DNA of 64,000 bases from the human T2T-CHM13v2.0 reference genome, Homo sapiens, in the NCBI RefSeq assembly GCF_009914755.1, contig NC_060937.1; one strand, given 5' to 3'. The position numbers and the translations under genes were made by a program. Of this stretch, positions 16,378 to 33,937 are shown piece by piece. How positions within the stretch are numbered: the stretch's first letter is position 1; each line of letters opens with the position of its first letter. Under the pieces are notes generated by a model. That model did not search any database, was not told the DNA's origin, and worked only from the letters and a program-made list of their open reading frames with translations.

Positions 16378-16839
16378 GTGTGGCAGCCATGAGAGTATGC
16401 AGCTGGGATCTCCTGCAAGAAGAACTTGCTGTTCAGCAGAAAGGGATGCTGGTCCCAGCAGCCCCCAGCTGCAGTACCTTCAGATGCGACCTCAGCTCTG
16501 GGACTGAAGCTACACTCTAGCTGGGCAGCTCTCAGCCAATCCCTGAGTATAGTGGGAGCCCGGCCAGCTCAGCTCACCATGAGACTCTGCAAATGGGTGA
16601 TCTCGGAGCAGTGGATGGTTGGACGAGCCTTTGTGACACCTACAGCCCAGGCCGAGGCCCTTCCTGCCCAGTGCCACTTCCTTTCCCCATCCTTTCCCAG
16701 GGCTCACATGAGCATGGTGGTCTGAAGCCATTTCCTTTTCATTCCCCTTTATCTTTCGCAGGCATCCCTGTCCCCTGATAAATCACTGCACTCCTAACTC
16801 CCTCTCAGCTTCTGCTTTCTGAAGAACTTGGATGACACA
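16378..16839 (+). mobile_element. ERVL solo LTR (LTR16-like)
   Basis: tgtgtggcagccatg...gatctcctgcaagaagaac...ataaatc...ctcagcttctgcttt...gacac. Confidence 0.6.
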
Positions 16840-17094
16840 TCAGAGAAAAGTGATCAAAACTGAAAAGAGAGACTGAGGCCCAGTGGCGAATGGCGATGTT
16901 TATCCTGGCAGTGGGAGAAGTGAGGAAGCTGCCAACTTCCTCAAGGTAGCAGAAGGGGCTCTAGACTAGAACCCAGAATCGTGGGGTTGATCTGAGCTTA
17001 GCCACAATACACACACTGTATGACCCCACCTAACCTTTCCAGGCCTTGCTCTTTTTACCTGTAAAATGAGGGACTAGATCAATAGTTTCTTTGG

Positions 17095-17507
<413 letters not shown>

Positions 17508-17755
17508 TAAAAAGCCTCGTAAATTCTGGAAGAGGCCCCCTAGATGATGTTTTCAGATACCATCCAGCTTTAAAATTCTTTAGGTTTATGAATAAGTGAG
17601 GGCTTGTCTCATAAAAGAGGGAGCAGATTTCTTTGGGTTGAGTGCTGAAATAAAAGTAGTTATGGGAAAGAGGATTTCCATCCACATAGAGAATTTTTTA
17701 ACATCCGAACAGTCCAAAAGTGAGATGGACTGTCGCTAGAAGTCATAGGCGCCTA

Positions 17756-18016
17756 TGTTAGTTTGTTGGGACTTCAGTAACAAAATACCACAGACTGAGT
17801 GGCTTATACAAAAAACCCCATATTTTCTCACAGTTCTGGAGGCTGGAATCTGAGGTCAAGGTGTTGGCAGGGTTGGTTTCCTCTGAAGCCTCTTTCCTCA
17901 GCCTACAGGTGTTGCTTTTGTTGGGCCCTAACGTGGTCTTTCCTCTGCATCTTTGACCTAATCTCCTTTTTAAAAAAAAATATTTTTTAATTATATTTTT
18001 GAAATTAAAAAAATAT

Positions 18017-18049
<33 letters not shown>

Positions 18050-18335
18050 TAGGATCTCACTATATTGCCCTGGTTGATCTTGAACTCCTGGGCTCAAGTG
18101 ATCTGCCCACCTTGGCCTTCCAGAGTGCTGGGACTACAGGTGTGAACCACTTTGCTTGACCAATCTCCCCTTCTTTTAAGGATACCAGTCATGTTGGATT
18201 AGGACCCACTCTAAAGACCTCATTTTAACTAAATTACCTCTTTAACTCCTTATCTCCAAATATGGTTATGCTCAGAGTACTGAGGGTTAAGGTTTCAACA
18301 TGTGAATTTGAGGGGACACAATTTGGCCCATAGCA
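17756..18335 (-). mobile_element. MaLR LTR (MLT1B/C-like) with a FLAM inserted
   Basis: aacaaaataccacagactg...ctcacagttctggaggctgg...acaatttggcccatagca. Confidence 0.8.
18017..18160 (-). mobile_element. FLAM/Alu monomer with a (GA)n-expanded end
   Basis: ggatctcactatattgccc...ctgggctcaagtgatc preceded by (GA)n. Confidence 0.8.
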
Positions 18336-18449
18336 GCCCCTTCACTGTAAATATCCAGTGTCTCTGCCAGACATTTGCAGACTGGGTTTCCTTCACTGGG
18401 GTGCCACCAGCCCCTCCCACGTTTGCAGCCCAATTTTGTCTCATGTACA

Positions 18450-18830
18450 TGTCTTAACACTGGGTTCCCCTGGAAACAGGCCTTTAGACAAGGATTCCAG
18501 CGCAAGTAGTAATCTATTTGCAGCATGGTTCCAGGAAACAATGGTTGGGGATGGGAAAATGAGTCAGGAGAGGAAAGGGTGGCAACCAAGCATGCTTTAT
18601 GAAAGCAGTCATTGCTGAGGACCCATGGGCCACTGGAAAGATACTCTCCAGTGTTTCCCCACCCATGGGGTGGAAGAGCAAGGGCATTTTCCACCCACTT
18701 CACTGTTGAGGGTTGCGCTTTGGGGACATTCATTTCCTGGCATTTCCATCCTGCCCCTGTACAGGCCAAACAAATCACCAAAGCCAGAAAGAGCCTCCAA
18801 ACAGAGTGTTAGGTGCAGACAATTGGGGGT
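18450..18830 (-). mobile_element. ERVL LTR fragment (LTR33/LTR16-like)
   Basis: tgtcttaacactgggttcccc...agacaaggattccagcgcaagtagt resembles the antisense 3' end of ERVL LTRs. Confidence 0.5.
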
Positions 18831-19320
18831 TAGGCCAGCATTCACGAAAGTGGCTCCTGCCAGGAGATATGGGCGCAGCACAGACACCTTTTCCCACAGT
18901 GTAAAAGTTATTTTAGCCACAACAGATGGCAGACTCCCTTAAGGTGACTTATGGCTGACTGAATGTGCAGGAGAGCAGGTGGCCACTTGGTCTAGAATGG
19001 ACATCGTCTGCCATGCGTGGGAGGTGAGAGTGTGTGCACAGCAGCATAAAAAGATCATTGGTTTCTTGGAACATACAAGAACTTTCTATCATGAGGTCAA
19101 GGCTGTTCTTTCAAACGATTCTATTAAAAAATCATTGCCATTTGAAAGTGCAATCCAATAGAGTGAAATCATCCTGAATGTTATCCAATCCCTTAAAGTA
19201 TGCAGCAAAAAATTTTAGTGTTCAAAATTGTACTTTTATGTCAAATAGAATGACTTAGAACTATATTCTTCATATATTGTGGTGTCTGGTTAAAAAAATG
19301 TAGAAAGTATGAATAGTATG

Positions 19321-19324
<4 letters not shown>

Positions 19325-19354
<30 letters not shown>
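19325..19354. repeat. (TG)n microsatellite
   Basis: About 15 perfect GT units. Confidence 0.95.
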
Positions 19355-19356
<2 letters not shown>

Positions 19357-20064
19357 TTTTAAGGTATATCTGTGATCGTGTTTGTTTATGCAGGGGTTAT
19401 CTCTAGAAAGATCCCCAAGTCGTTGGCAGCAGTGGTTGCCTGTGAGAAGGTGGGCTGAGTTGTGAGTTGACTCAGCTTCCAGTCTACCCTCATTTTAAGG
19501 TGCCATCCTGGCCGTAGAGGTTAGAAAGATGAAGACTACTTTCCCTGACTCCTTTGCAGCTAGAATCTTGAAAGTGAATGTAGTTCCCTTGGTTGAATAT
19601 GCTCATGCGCAATTTGGGAAACAGAAGAGAGGCACAGGGCCTCTTCCTGCTGCAGCATTTGCTGCTAGGCAAGGCCACGGGGCATGAGCAGCTGAATTCT
19701 ACATTACTGTGCCAGCGCCTACATGGTGGTTGCTGAGAGGCAGTGGTGGTGATGGTGGCTGGATTGGTTTCTTGACCTCTGGGTCATAGCCATGGTGGTT
19801 GCTCTTGAACTGCCCAACTCCAGGGGTAGCCTTTTGACAGTCCCTCTTCCAGCCCTCGCCTAGATTTTGTAAACATCACATTCCTTATAAACATCAAATC
19901 CCTTTCTGCTGGAAGTACCTACAATGAAACTGTCACTCATGCAGCATTAGAACTGGGTGGGATGAAATGGAAGAGAAACTTAATTTTTACTCAATACCTT
20001 TAAAAATGATTTTTTATTGTGATAAAATAACAAAATTGGTACATTTATGTACCATTGTTACATA

Positions 20065-20240
20065 AAATAACAAAATTGGTACATGTATTCAATAGTATAC
20101 ATGACAGTAAAAAAGAATGAATTACTACTACATGCAACAACATGGATGGGTTTCACAAACATAATGTGTAGTGAAAGCAGGAAATCCAGAGGCAAAGTAT
20201 CCATATGGCACGACTCCATTTATATAAAGACAAAACAGGC
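20065..20240 (+). mobile_element. Old L1M 3' fragment
   Basis: aagaatgaattactactacatgcaacaacatggatg...ataatgtgtagtgaaag. Confidence 0.7.
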
Positions 20241-21051
20241 AAACTGGATGGGGATTTGCACCAATCTGACCAACTGTGGGACATGACAAGATTGTGCTTT
20301 TCAATAAAATGCAAAGTTTGTGCACTTATATAAAATGGAGGATGGGATTCTGGATCCTGATCAGTTCCTACTGAGGATGTAGGATACACAGCCAGACTTC
20401 TCCTGGCCACAGCTCCTGTCTCTCCCTGAGCTTGTTTCAAAATTCAGCCATTGTTTCACCTGTCTCTCCTTTAGAAACTGTCCAATGTTGTCTTACAAAA
20501 GAACTATTCTGTAAATTACTTTAAAATGAATGAAAAAAAAATGGTTTCTTGGATTTTCTTTCATCTTTCACTATTGTCACATGAGGTCATAGGTAACTCT
20601 GTCTAACCTTTCCAAGAAATGGCTTCTTTTGGAAAAATATGAGCAGTTTATAATAATTGGATTGCATTTCTCTTTCTTCTTTTTAGTTTTCAGTCTCCTT
20701 TCCAGGACACAGTCTACAAGCAAAATAAAAGAGGAAAGTTATACCACACTAATTATCTACTCTGAATGATATTAAATTTTTTTCAAACAGACTGTGAAGT
20801 TACCGCTATGTTTTACTAGCAATCTTAAAAGTAGTGGAAGCATGCAACCAGGCTATGACTCAGGCATACCCTAGTCGCCCAATATTAAGTTAATTTAGGT
20901 AACAGTTATAAGAATTATCAAACTCATTGTATTTAAAATAATATTGACAAAAATCTGTGACATCCTCAACTTTCTCAGCTATTCCTTTGGGGGAGAGTTT
21001 ATTCTTTCATTATTCTGCTTTTCAGTAGTATTACATTTTATGTATCCTTTA

Positions 21052-21366
<315 letters not shown>

Positions 21367-21987
21367 ACATTTTATGTATCCTTTAGAGGAAGAAACTGAT
21401 CTATTAATTGAAAGTAACAGGAAAGTGCCTGGTTTGCATCCTGGCTATGTATTAATATATGCCTTATGAACAAAAAAAAATTCAAATATGAATATTTGCT
21501 AAATTCTTTCCCAAAGCACCAAATGTCTTAAAGGACCCCCTACTGACTAGCCTATTCTCATTTTCATTTGAACTGGGTAAATGAGCTTGTTTATAGAAAT
21601 AGGTAGTAATGAAAATTTGAATTCTATTAAAACTGTTAAAAAATAAAAATGTGATTGAAGAAAGCTAGTCTCAATGTCTCAGCACAATCTAATTATTTCA
21701 AAAGAAGGAATCTGACCCAGAGGTATAGTTAAACCAGTGAAAACAGAGCCTTGGGTCCCTTGTTAATTGAAAACTAGAGATTTTTTTTTGCACCTTCCTT
21801 CAGGGAAAATTGTGTTGTATTTATTTCTATGGAGGGAAAAGCAGCAAACTAATGCCAAGTTTGGGATCCCTGGTTCTTACTGTTGCTTATTGTCCATTGT
21901 CATTTTTAAGTTCTCCAGAGAGAAGTAATGAACCCTTAACAAGCTGAGGTATTTTCAGTTAGAGGGTTAATTCCTCCAAGGTCCCCC

Positions 21988-22375
21988 TGTATTAGTCTGT
22001 TTTCATGCTGCTGATACATCTGAAACTGGGCAATTTACGAAAGAAAGAGGTTTAATTGGATTTACAGTTCTACATGGCTGGGGAGGCCCCACAATAATGG
22101 TGGAAGGCAAAGAGGAGCAAGTCACATCTTACAGGGATGGCAGAAGGCAAAGAGGAGCAAGTCACATCTTACAGGGATGGTGGCAGGCAAAGAGAGAGAT
22201 TGGGCAGGGAAACTCCCCCTTATAATACCGTCAGATCTTGTGAGACTTACTCGCTAGCATGAGAACAGCATGGGAAAGACCTGCCCCCATAATTCAATTA
22301 CCTCTCACTGGGTCCCGCCCACAACACATGGGAATTCAAGATGAGATTTGGGTCAGGTGCAGCCAAACGATATCA
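21988..22375 (-). mobile_element. THE1 (THE1B-like) solo LTR with an internal tandem duplication
   Basis: tgtattagtctgttttcatgctgctgat...gagatttgggt...cagccaaacgatatca. Confidence 0.88.
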
Positions 22376-22676
22376 GTCCCTGAGGATTCTAGATTCTAGA
22401 GAGTCTAAGAACGCTCAATTAGAGCCTGGTCTCCAGATTACTACAGAGGAATATTTGTCAAGGTAGGCAGGCAGGACATACTTAGCTCTTTGTTTACTTG
22501 GTTCTAAGCCTTAAGGATTCAGCCCTATGGAATGGGGGTCCATCTGTGCTCTGCACCCCCAAACATCAAGGGCTGACCTGGCTCAAAGGCATGGATGAGT
22601 GCCTGAGCTAGGGTCTGTCCCCAGCTCTTGCTCTTGTGGCCTCCTTCTTTCTGCTCCTCTGCCTCGTTTCTTTTCT

Positions 22677-22982
22677 TGTTTTTGTTTTTTGATTTTTTGA
22701 GATGGAGTTTTGCTCTTGTAGTCCAGGCTGGAGTGCAGTGGCATGATCTTGGCTCACTGCAACCTCCACCTCCTGGGTTCGAGTGATTCTCGTGCCTCAG
22801 CCTCCCGAGTAGCTGAGACTATAGGCACTTACCACCACGCCCAGCTAATTTTTTCTATTTTTACTAGAGACAGGGTTTTATCATGTTGGCCAGGCTGGTC
22901 TCAAACTCCTGACAGCAGGTGATCCACCTGCCTCGGCCTCCCAAAGTGCTGGTATTACAAGTGTGAGCCACCGCGCCCAGCC
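22677..22982 (-). mobile_element. AluS
   Basis: Full dimer; TSD cct(c/t)gtttcttttct. Confidence 0.95.
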
Positions 22983-23044
22983 CCTTGTTTCTTTTCTAAA
23001 ACACATTCTACGCTTTTAAGTTTGCTTGGGAAAACTCAACATAG

Positions 23045-23812
<768 letters not shown>

Positions 23813-24229
23813 CCTTCTCCCATTTTAGCCCACTTCCATGTTTTGCTGAATGAGCTAGTCGCCACATTGAATACCAATGCAGATGCTCAGCTGTGGCCAC
23901 AGTTACACCTTCAGGAAATGCCCCTCCCTGGTGGTGGCTGCTCAGCAGCCCCACAGCCCGTCCCTTTCAGTGGGTGCACCTGCACATCACACAGTGGTCC
24001 TTGGGGGCTGGAGGGCTTGGTTTGTCTCTTTGTGAACTCTGTGGACCAGGGAAGTATGTACCATAGAGTCACCATAGGCTTTGCTGAGTAATTGACTGCT
24101 TTTCTGGCTCAGCTTTCTATCTTGTGGTTGTGTAATGTAATGAAGACAGAATCAATTCATAGCCTGACCCTTGGGCTCAACTCCTCGTTCTGCTAATAAT
24201 TAGATGTGTGGCCTTAGGCAACATGTATT

Positions 24230-24679
<450 letters not shown>

Positions 24680-24684
24680 ACGTT

Positions 24685-24825
24685 TTTCTTTCCTAAGGCT
24701 GAATCATATTATTTGTATATATACACCACATTTAGTTCATTCATTCATTCATTCATCCACAGATGCTGGTCTGCTTCTACTGCTTGGCTATTTGTGAATA
24801 ATGCTGCTATGAACTTGGTGTGTGC
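24685..24825 (-). mobile_element. L1M 3' fragment
   Basis: aaggctgaatcatatt...tatacaccacattt...ttggctatttgtgaataatgctgctatgaac. Confidence 0.75.
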
Positions 24826-25340
24826 ACATTATTAAGAAATGTTCTCCATAATTAATAACAACCTTACATTATTTAATCATTTGCACAGCCCAGGCATCTA
24901 CAACCACGAGCTAGAAGAGAAGACATGTGATATCTGTGTTGTTAGAAATTTGGCCCCTGCGTAAAGTAAATATTTTGTTGAACAAATGGGTCTGAAAAAC
25001 AGACAACTGTACCTGCCTAAAGGAGATGTAGGCTCAAATGAGATAATTTGAAAATGCCAAACATCCATGTAAAAATCGAGGCAGTCCTGTGATTGATTAT
25101 TGTGGCCTTTTCCAGCCCGCATTTCCTTCAGTGCACCTGCTCTCACTGTCCCTACCTATGCTAGGGAAGGGAAGGACATCCCCAGAGTCTGCTGCTCCCT
25201 TCTTTATCACTCAGATTTTGTTCATTTGGTTTCTCCTGCTGTTTCTTTTTGGTTTCCTGCCTACTTTTCTCATACTTCTCCCTTTGACCCTTCTTCCTGT
25301 GGGGCCTGTTCTAAAATTATACTTGGGATTTAATTTATAG

Positions 25341-25880
<540 letters not shown>

Positions 25881-26310
25881 GAAAGCTTTACACCACCCCT
25901 AGGAATGAGCCGGCCTGGGAGAAGGAGTCTTTTCAGGGTTCTGTAAGGGCCCCAGGAGATGTTAAAACATCACAAGATACAGAAAATAAAAAACATAGTT
26001 AATTCAGATGTCAAACCAGCCAGTCCCACTGGGCTCTCGGATTTCTGCAACTTTCCCATGGCCAGGCTCAAGAATACTACCTGGCTTTCCCTGGACAGCT
26101 GCTTAGCTGTGGCCTTGCTCAGGGTGTGTCATTAAGGACACATGAAGCCATCTCCCAGGAAGTGGGGGCATGGCTGCCTATGAATTATTAATTATTGTAG
26201 GTTTCAGGACTAATTAATTAACCCTTTAATAAGGATCTGCTCATCTTCCTGCAGAGGCCATGGTGAGGTTTCTTAAGGTCTTTGAGTCCCTAAATTTTTG
26301 TGGTGGCGGT

Positions 26311-26599
26311 TGTTTTGAGACAGGGTCTGGTTCTGTCGCCCAGGCTGGAGTGTAGTGGTGTGATCGTAGCTCGCTGCAGCCTCAAACTCTTGGGCTCAAG
26401 TGATCCTCTCCCCTTAGCTTCCTGAGTATCTGGGAACTATAGGTGCACACCACCATGTTGGCTAATTTTTAAACATTTTTAATAGAGATGAGGTATTTCT
26501 GTGTTGCCCAGGCTGGTCTCAAACTCCTGGCCCCAACCGATGCTCTTGCTTCAGCCTCCCAAAGCACCGGGATTACACGTATGAACCACCACGCCCTGC
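26311..26599 (-). mobile_element. AluJ
   Basis: gatcgtagctcgctgcagcctcaaactcttgggctcaag. Confidence 0.9.
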
Positions 26600-27966
26600 T
26601 GAGTCCCTGAGTTTTGAGAGTCATGAATATGGTGGCAACACCAGTGATTTCCATTGCTGGAGTCAGTTTCCCTGCTTGCTGTGAAGCTGATCATGTCTGC
26701 GTACCCATCTGTAAAGTAGACGGGTTATTTCTGGTGAGATATATTGGTTATCGAACTGCCAGAGTATGGTAGAATCACCAAAGAAGGTCCACCATTGCTG
26801 ATCACTCACGCTTGTTAGACGTTGGGTGGCAGCTTATGAGTAAATTTACCTGTCCCCTGGATTTTAGTCGAGAAAGCAAGGGCTGTGGGGCTTAGTTTTG
26901 TTATCCCACATTACCACTTGCATGAAGGAGGCAAAAAAGAATGGATATTCACGTGAGATGCCTTAGTCCAGCCCCCACACAGTTGGAGCCTGGATTACTG
27001 GGGTGGAGATTCACATTTTCTCGTTCTTCTCAAGCTTCCATCCCCACCATTTGGGAAATCACACATTCCGTTCTCTTGTTTGGAAATTCCTTTTCCCTGC
27101 TGCTTTCTTTTCTCTGCTGGACCTCCTCATTGTGCAGTATTTAAGAGATCGTTCTTCCTATCTCTTCCCCTGCTACCCCTTATTTTTCACTGTTGTTTCT
27201 TTGAAAATAATTAGGATAAGAAAGTTACTTTTACAGATGTGTAGTTTTGCGTGCAGAACCCTAAAGTTTTTGGACAAAAGAGACCATGTCACACATCAAA
27301 CATGTTAAAGTTCTTGAGTCCATATTGCAACTACATTAAAAAAAATAATAACTCCTGGGGAGTTCTAAGGAACCAAAAGGTTATTTTGAAAACTGGTCAT
27401 TAAGGGGAAAGAATAAATCATTTAATTTGCCTTGCTAATGTAAACTGTGTTTCTCTAGACATTTCTTTGAGCTTCAGATCCAGCAAAGGAAGAAGAAATG
27501 ATAGAATTAGAGTATCTGTAAATATTTCAGTATGTATCTCTAAAGATAAAGGTTCTTTTTCGAGACATAACCATGATTTAATTACCACATCTAAAAATAT
27601 CTGATCAGCATTCAAATGTTTGCAAATGAAATAGAGTTTACGTAAGGATCATTGATGGACACAAACTGCCTAAAGAGAGACCACATATTACCCCCCTCCT
27701 GTTGGGAGTTTAAAATATCCTCTTATAAAGTCTTCCTACCCCCTCCCCCCACAAAAAATTGAACTGCGTGAGTCAAGACTTTAAATCTAATTACCAGTTA
27801 CAGGAAATGCTAAAGTCAGCAGAACACATAAATACCATAAGGATATAGTCAGGAAACTCCAGAATGTGGGAAACTATACAAGGCAAATGACCAGATTTCT
27901 TCCACAACAAAAGATTGCAAGGAAAAAAAAATGGGAAGAAAAATCGATACATAAAGAGACTTAACA

Positions 27967-28273
<307 letters not shown>

Positions 28274-28593
28274 TTAACAGATATATTAATCAAACACAAT
28301 GTTTAGACCTTATTTGGATCCTGCCTCAAACAAACCAACTGTACAAAACATTTATGAGACAAGTGGGGAAATCTGAATATGAATGTTCTTTGTTAAAATA
28401 AGAGGATTGCGATCATACCTAAAAATAGAGTCATAAATCTGTACCAACACATATATACATATACATATATATATAAAATATACCAACATGTTTACAGATG
28501 AAATCATATGATATTGAGGATTTGCTTCAAAATAGTATATGTCTGGGGAGGGACCTGCATGGAATTACAGATGAAATAAGATTCAAGAGTTGG

Positions 28594-29036
28594 TGTAGAG
28601 TCCTAATTAGAGAAAAGGAGTCCGGCCCGCAGGGCCAGGAGAAAGTAAAAAGAGCAAGCAGATAAACTTAAGTCTGCCTTTCTTCATGGTCCAGAACACA
28701 TAGTCTTGCACAAATAACTTAAAATCTTCCCGCACCCAGCTATCACCAGACCCTCAGCTGATAGAAAAATGCAAGTGAGCTTACTGCAACCATGGCATTA
28801 TCAGTACCGCACAAAGCCCTCTTCAACACACAGCACAGACACCATCCTATAAAATCCCCAGCAAGCCTTTGTCTCCTCGCAGTCAGCTCCTCTCTTGCTG
28901 ACCTGCCCATTGCTTCCTTGCAACATACTTTCATACCTTCTCTAATAAATCTGCCTTTCTATACCTGTAACTGTCTTGGTAAATTCTTCTTACTGCCTGT
29001 GCTACTGGCCCAAATAGTCGCTAATCACTTGCAATA
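28594..29036 (+). mobile_element. Solo LTR (LTR47-like, ERVL class)
   Basis: tgtagagtcctaattag start, cctataaaa TATA, aataaa signal; 5-bp TSD gttgg at 28589-28593 and 29037-29041. Confidence 0.8.
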
Positions 29037-29079
29037 GTTGGTAAATGTTGCAGCTGGCTGATGGGGGTTTACTATATTA

Positions 29080-29481
<402 letters not shown>

Positions 29482-30376
29482 CTATGCACTTTCCCTGGTG
29501 GGTGAGTGGGTGGGTGAAGTTTCTCTACCAATTTTATAAATAGACTGTAAAATTCAGGTCTCAGAAACATCTGCTCATGGTCTTGCATTGAGATCGTCGA
29601 CAGCCGATGCCATTGATTTGTCTGTTAAAGTTTTTCTGTAACATAACATAGATATTAGCTCACTCAACCACGCAAACCCATATAGAGGCCCTGGATGTGC
29701 CAGTAACTGTGATGCAGGTGGCGGAGCGAAGTCCACGTGGAAACAGTCTCTCCCTGAAGAGGTGACAGCCTCTAAGGATGGGTCCACGGCTTCCTTGTTC
29801 ACAGTCATCTCCACCTGCTTGGTTTTGCTCCTTTGCTGACTCACCTAGCTCATGTCACAAGGGGCTCCTAGCTCATGTCACAAGGCAGACAAAGCCGTGA
29901 CATTCACTTTTCAATTCTCCTAAATCACTTAGAACAAAAACCTGCGTTGTTGAAAATCACAGCACCCTTTGAAAGCAATTAAATACACATTTCCTGAACC
30001 AGAATCAATCCATGCCTAAATATCATCTGGTTCTTAAATATTTAATATTGTTCTCTCTGACCCTTGCAAACATTGACTGTCTTCGTGGAGTCTCACCTGA
30101 GTGTAGCTGTTGTTTCCCTGGGTGTGATACAACATTTTCACTATCAACCTGCCTTGAAATTAGGTCAGCATTTATATTTCAGGGGCTGATTTTGATTCTT
30201 CCTGGTGCTCCAGTTGTGCAGAAGCAATTGGCCTAGTTAGTCTTTCTGATGCGCTCCTTTGGCCCAGGTGTGGGGCTCCTACTAAATTATGGTAGCAGAA
30301 GCAGCCCCTGCTATTCCTCTGACTCCCTTCGAAGGACCCGTAGGCCCCTCACAAAGTCTGCTCTTCCCTCATTTTA

Positions 30377-30693
<317 letters not shown>

Positions 30694-31488
30694 CTCTTCC
30701 CTCATTTTAGAACAACAAGGTGAAAAACACAAAATCCAGATCAGGAAAATGGTTGCTAATTTGTTTTCCTGAGTCAGGAGTTAAATCTTAAAAGGCTGTT
30801 AATGTTTAAGAGCAACCAAAATTAAAGACATTTTTTAAAATGTAAAGAATGAAAAATTCTTTCTTACAGATAGTTTTTTTTTTTTTGACATCTTTGTTGT
30901 GCTGAGAAAAAGATGGCCCCCAAATGCAATAAAAACCACATAAAAGCATGGAATAGCCACACCACAGTAATTTCTTTTTAAGCGAAGTAAAGGAGCGACT
31001 TTCTAGCCTTTAAATTAAAAAGAAAAATGAACTCTCAAGTCCTTTTAAAGACTAATTTTATTTTAAAAGCAGCATTCATTGCTTTATTAAAAACATGCAT
31101 TAGTTTACCATTTCCGTATTCTAATTTAAGAAACCTTCATGGGCATTGCTAAAATATTCCTCTGTGTTTGAAGTGGGAGTAGAGGCTAAAATAAATGGAA
31201 AGAATTTTTTAAAAATATTTTTGCTATTTTTATTTCTCAGTTTTAATTTTTTTCCTCTCTAATGATCTCAGCTATGGGCAATATTGATGATTTTGATACT
31301 TGCAAGTGCCCAGAATTCGCTGCTTATCGTGCTGGGAATATGACGTCAGGACTCATGGTAATTACATCTTTGCTCTGAATGAGTGTCATGGTCATGCAAC
31401 ACTCCCAAATTCTCATACGTTTATCAATTTTCATGGAGGAAACAAGCAAAGACTCTTAATTCTAGCAAATGGTGTCTTAGTTTCTTAA

Positions 31489-31979
<491 letters not shown>

Positions 31980-32094
31980 CCTCACAAGCATTTTTAAAAT
32001 AACATGATGACAATCAGAAAACGATACTGATCAACAAAATACATGTCATGCAAAATTCATCCCATTTGCTTTTTTTGAAGTTGACACTAGGTTG

Positions 32095-33016
32095 ATTGAG
32101 ATAGAAAAAACCCACTTTTTCTTCTTTTTTAAACAGTCACTGCAACACAGAACGCTTCACCTCTGGTCACCAAAATGTGTGTAGGTTTTCTCCACTTCGA
32201 CACCAGCTGGGTGTCCTATGGTTCAGTTCAAATCCTACCTGGAGGTAGCATCAGATCCCACAGGTTGAGGGCTCAGTCCCCAAATATTGTCCCCACGTCA
32301 GATGCCAGTTGTAAGCCCCAGACTATTCTATCTGACCAACTGGCTAGAAATGGGAGGTGCCTATGATCCCCTCCTTGGGTTCAATTAATTTGCTAGAGCA
32401 GCTCACAGCACTCAAAACAAATTTCACTTGTGTTTACCCATATATTATAAAGAATAATACAAAAGAAACAGCTGAACAGCCAAATGAAGAGATGTGTAGG
32501 GTAAGATGTGGGACGGGGCATGGAGCTTCCATGCTCTGTTGGTCCACACCACCCTCCCAGAACCTCCTTGTGTTCAACAGTCCAGAAGCTCTCCAAACCC
32601 TAGTCTTTGGGGGTTTTATGGAGGCTATATTACATAGACATGATTGATTAAATCATTGGCCATTGGCGATCAACTCAGCCTTCAGGGCTCCTCTACCCTC
32701 CTGCCAGAGGTTGGAAAGTGGGGCTGAAAGTCCCAACCCTTATATCACATGGTTGGGTCTTCTGGCAGCCAGTCCCATCCTGAGGTTCTCCAGAATCCAC
32801 CAGCTCACAGTCATCTCATTAGCATACAAAAAATTACTCATATCACCCATTAAATTCCAAGGAATTTAGGAGCTCTGTGTCAGGAACAGCGTCAAAGAAC
32901 AAATATTGGAGCAGAAGATTGTCCTAGCACACCTATCTACAAGGGTTTTTAGGAGCTGTCTCTGGAACTGGGAGCAGAGAACAAATATATATATCTCATC
33001 ATATCACAATATTGCA
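32095..33016 (-). mobile_element. Solo LTR (MER21-like)
   Basis: gcatcagatcccacaggttgagggctcagtccc, ttaatttgctagagcagctcacag, end acaaatatatat...catatcacaatattgca. Confidence 0.75.
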
Positions 33017-33454
33017 TTGATAAAGTAAGGTGATGCTAGAGTCCAATGTTCTTAATTTCATCAGGGAATTAATATCATCTTTCATGTTACAAGATAGAAA
33101 AATGTGAAGCTTCTGATAAAGAGGTTTTAGAGAAGTTAAAATAAATTGGCCTCACTCCTGAATTAAGTAATGGCGGTGCTTTCACTAAGGAGTTTTAGGG
33201 GAATATCACAGGATGTAGCCCGTGACTCCTCCTAGTGATGGGATATGAGATGGACATGAACATGGATATGCAGGAGACATTTATCAACTCTGCAGATGAC
33301 ACAGAGATGGGAAGGAAAATAGTGTGACAGAAGACACCCAAGAGCTTCAAATGATGGTGACAGCTTGAAACAGTGGTCCAAGGCAAACAGGAAGAGATTT
33401 AATGAAGATAAGTGAAAACAGTTTTAAATTGTCCCTGGGATTTGTTTTAATCAG

Positions 33455-33937
33455 GTATGGTAAAACATGCAGACAAGGACCTTCATGTCATGAAGGCAGA
33501 AACTTGTATTATTCTCATGGCCCGTGCAGGGCCCCGCGGGGAAGCACCGGCTCAGGCAGGAGGCAGAGGGAGCAGGGGGTACTCCGACAAGGGATTTTGT
33601 TAGTTTCCACGGAAAGGCAGGATGGGCAGGCTTACGACTGGCTAGTATGAATAATTCTAGCAGGCTCTGGAGCACAGGAGCTGTCTCCAGTTGTCTGGTA
33701 CCTGGCCTGGGGGCAATTAGGGGAGGGGGATAGAGGTCCTACGAGAAGAGCCCCATAGAGGAGGTGCTCAGGGTAGGGGCTCTAGTTGGGTTGGTTTGCA
33801 TTTGAAAGGCACACTTGCAAGTGAGTTCTTTACCTCTAGGAACTAGCCAACCCTGGGAGGGGCAGAACCTCCAGGGTCAGCAAGGCCCCAAGATGTTAAA
33901 GCATCAAATACAGATACTAGAGAATGTCATTATCACA
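33455..33937 (-). mobile_element. ERVL solo LTR (MER74/MER54-like)
   Basis: ctaggaactagccaaccctgggaggggcag...ccagggtcagcaaggccccaagatgttaaagcatcaaatacaga; related remnants at about 25340-25460 and 25890-26005. Confidence 0.6.
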
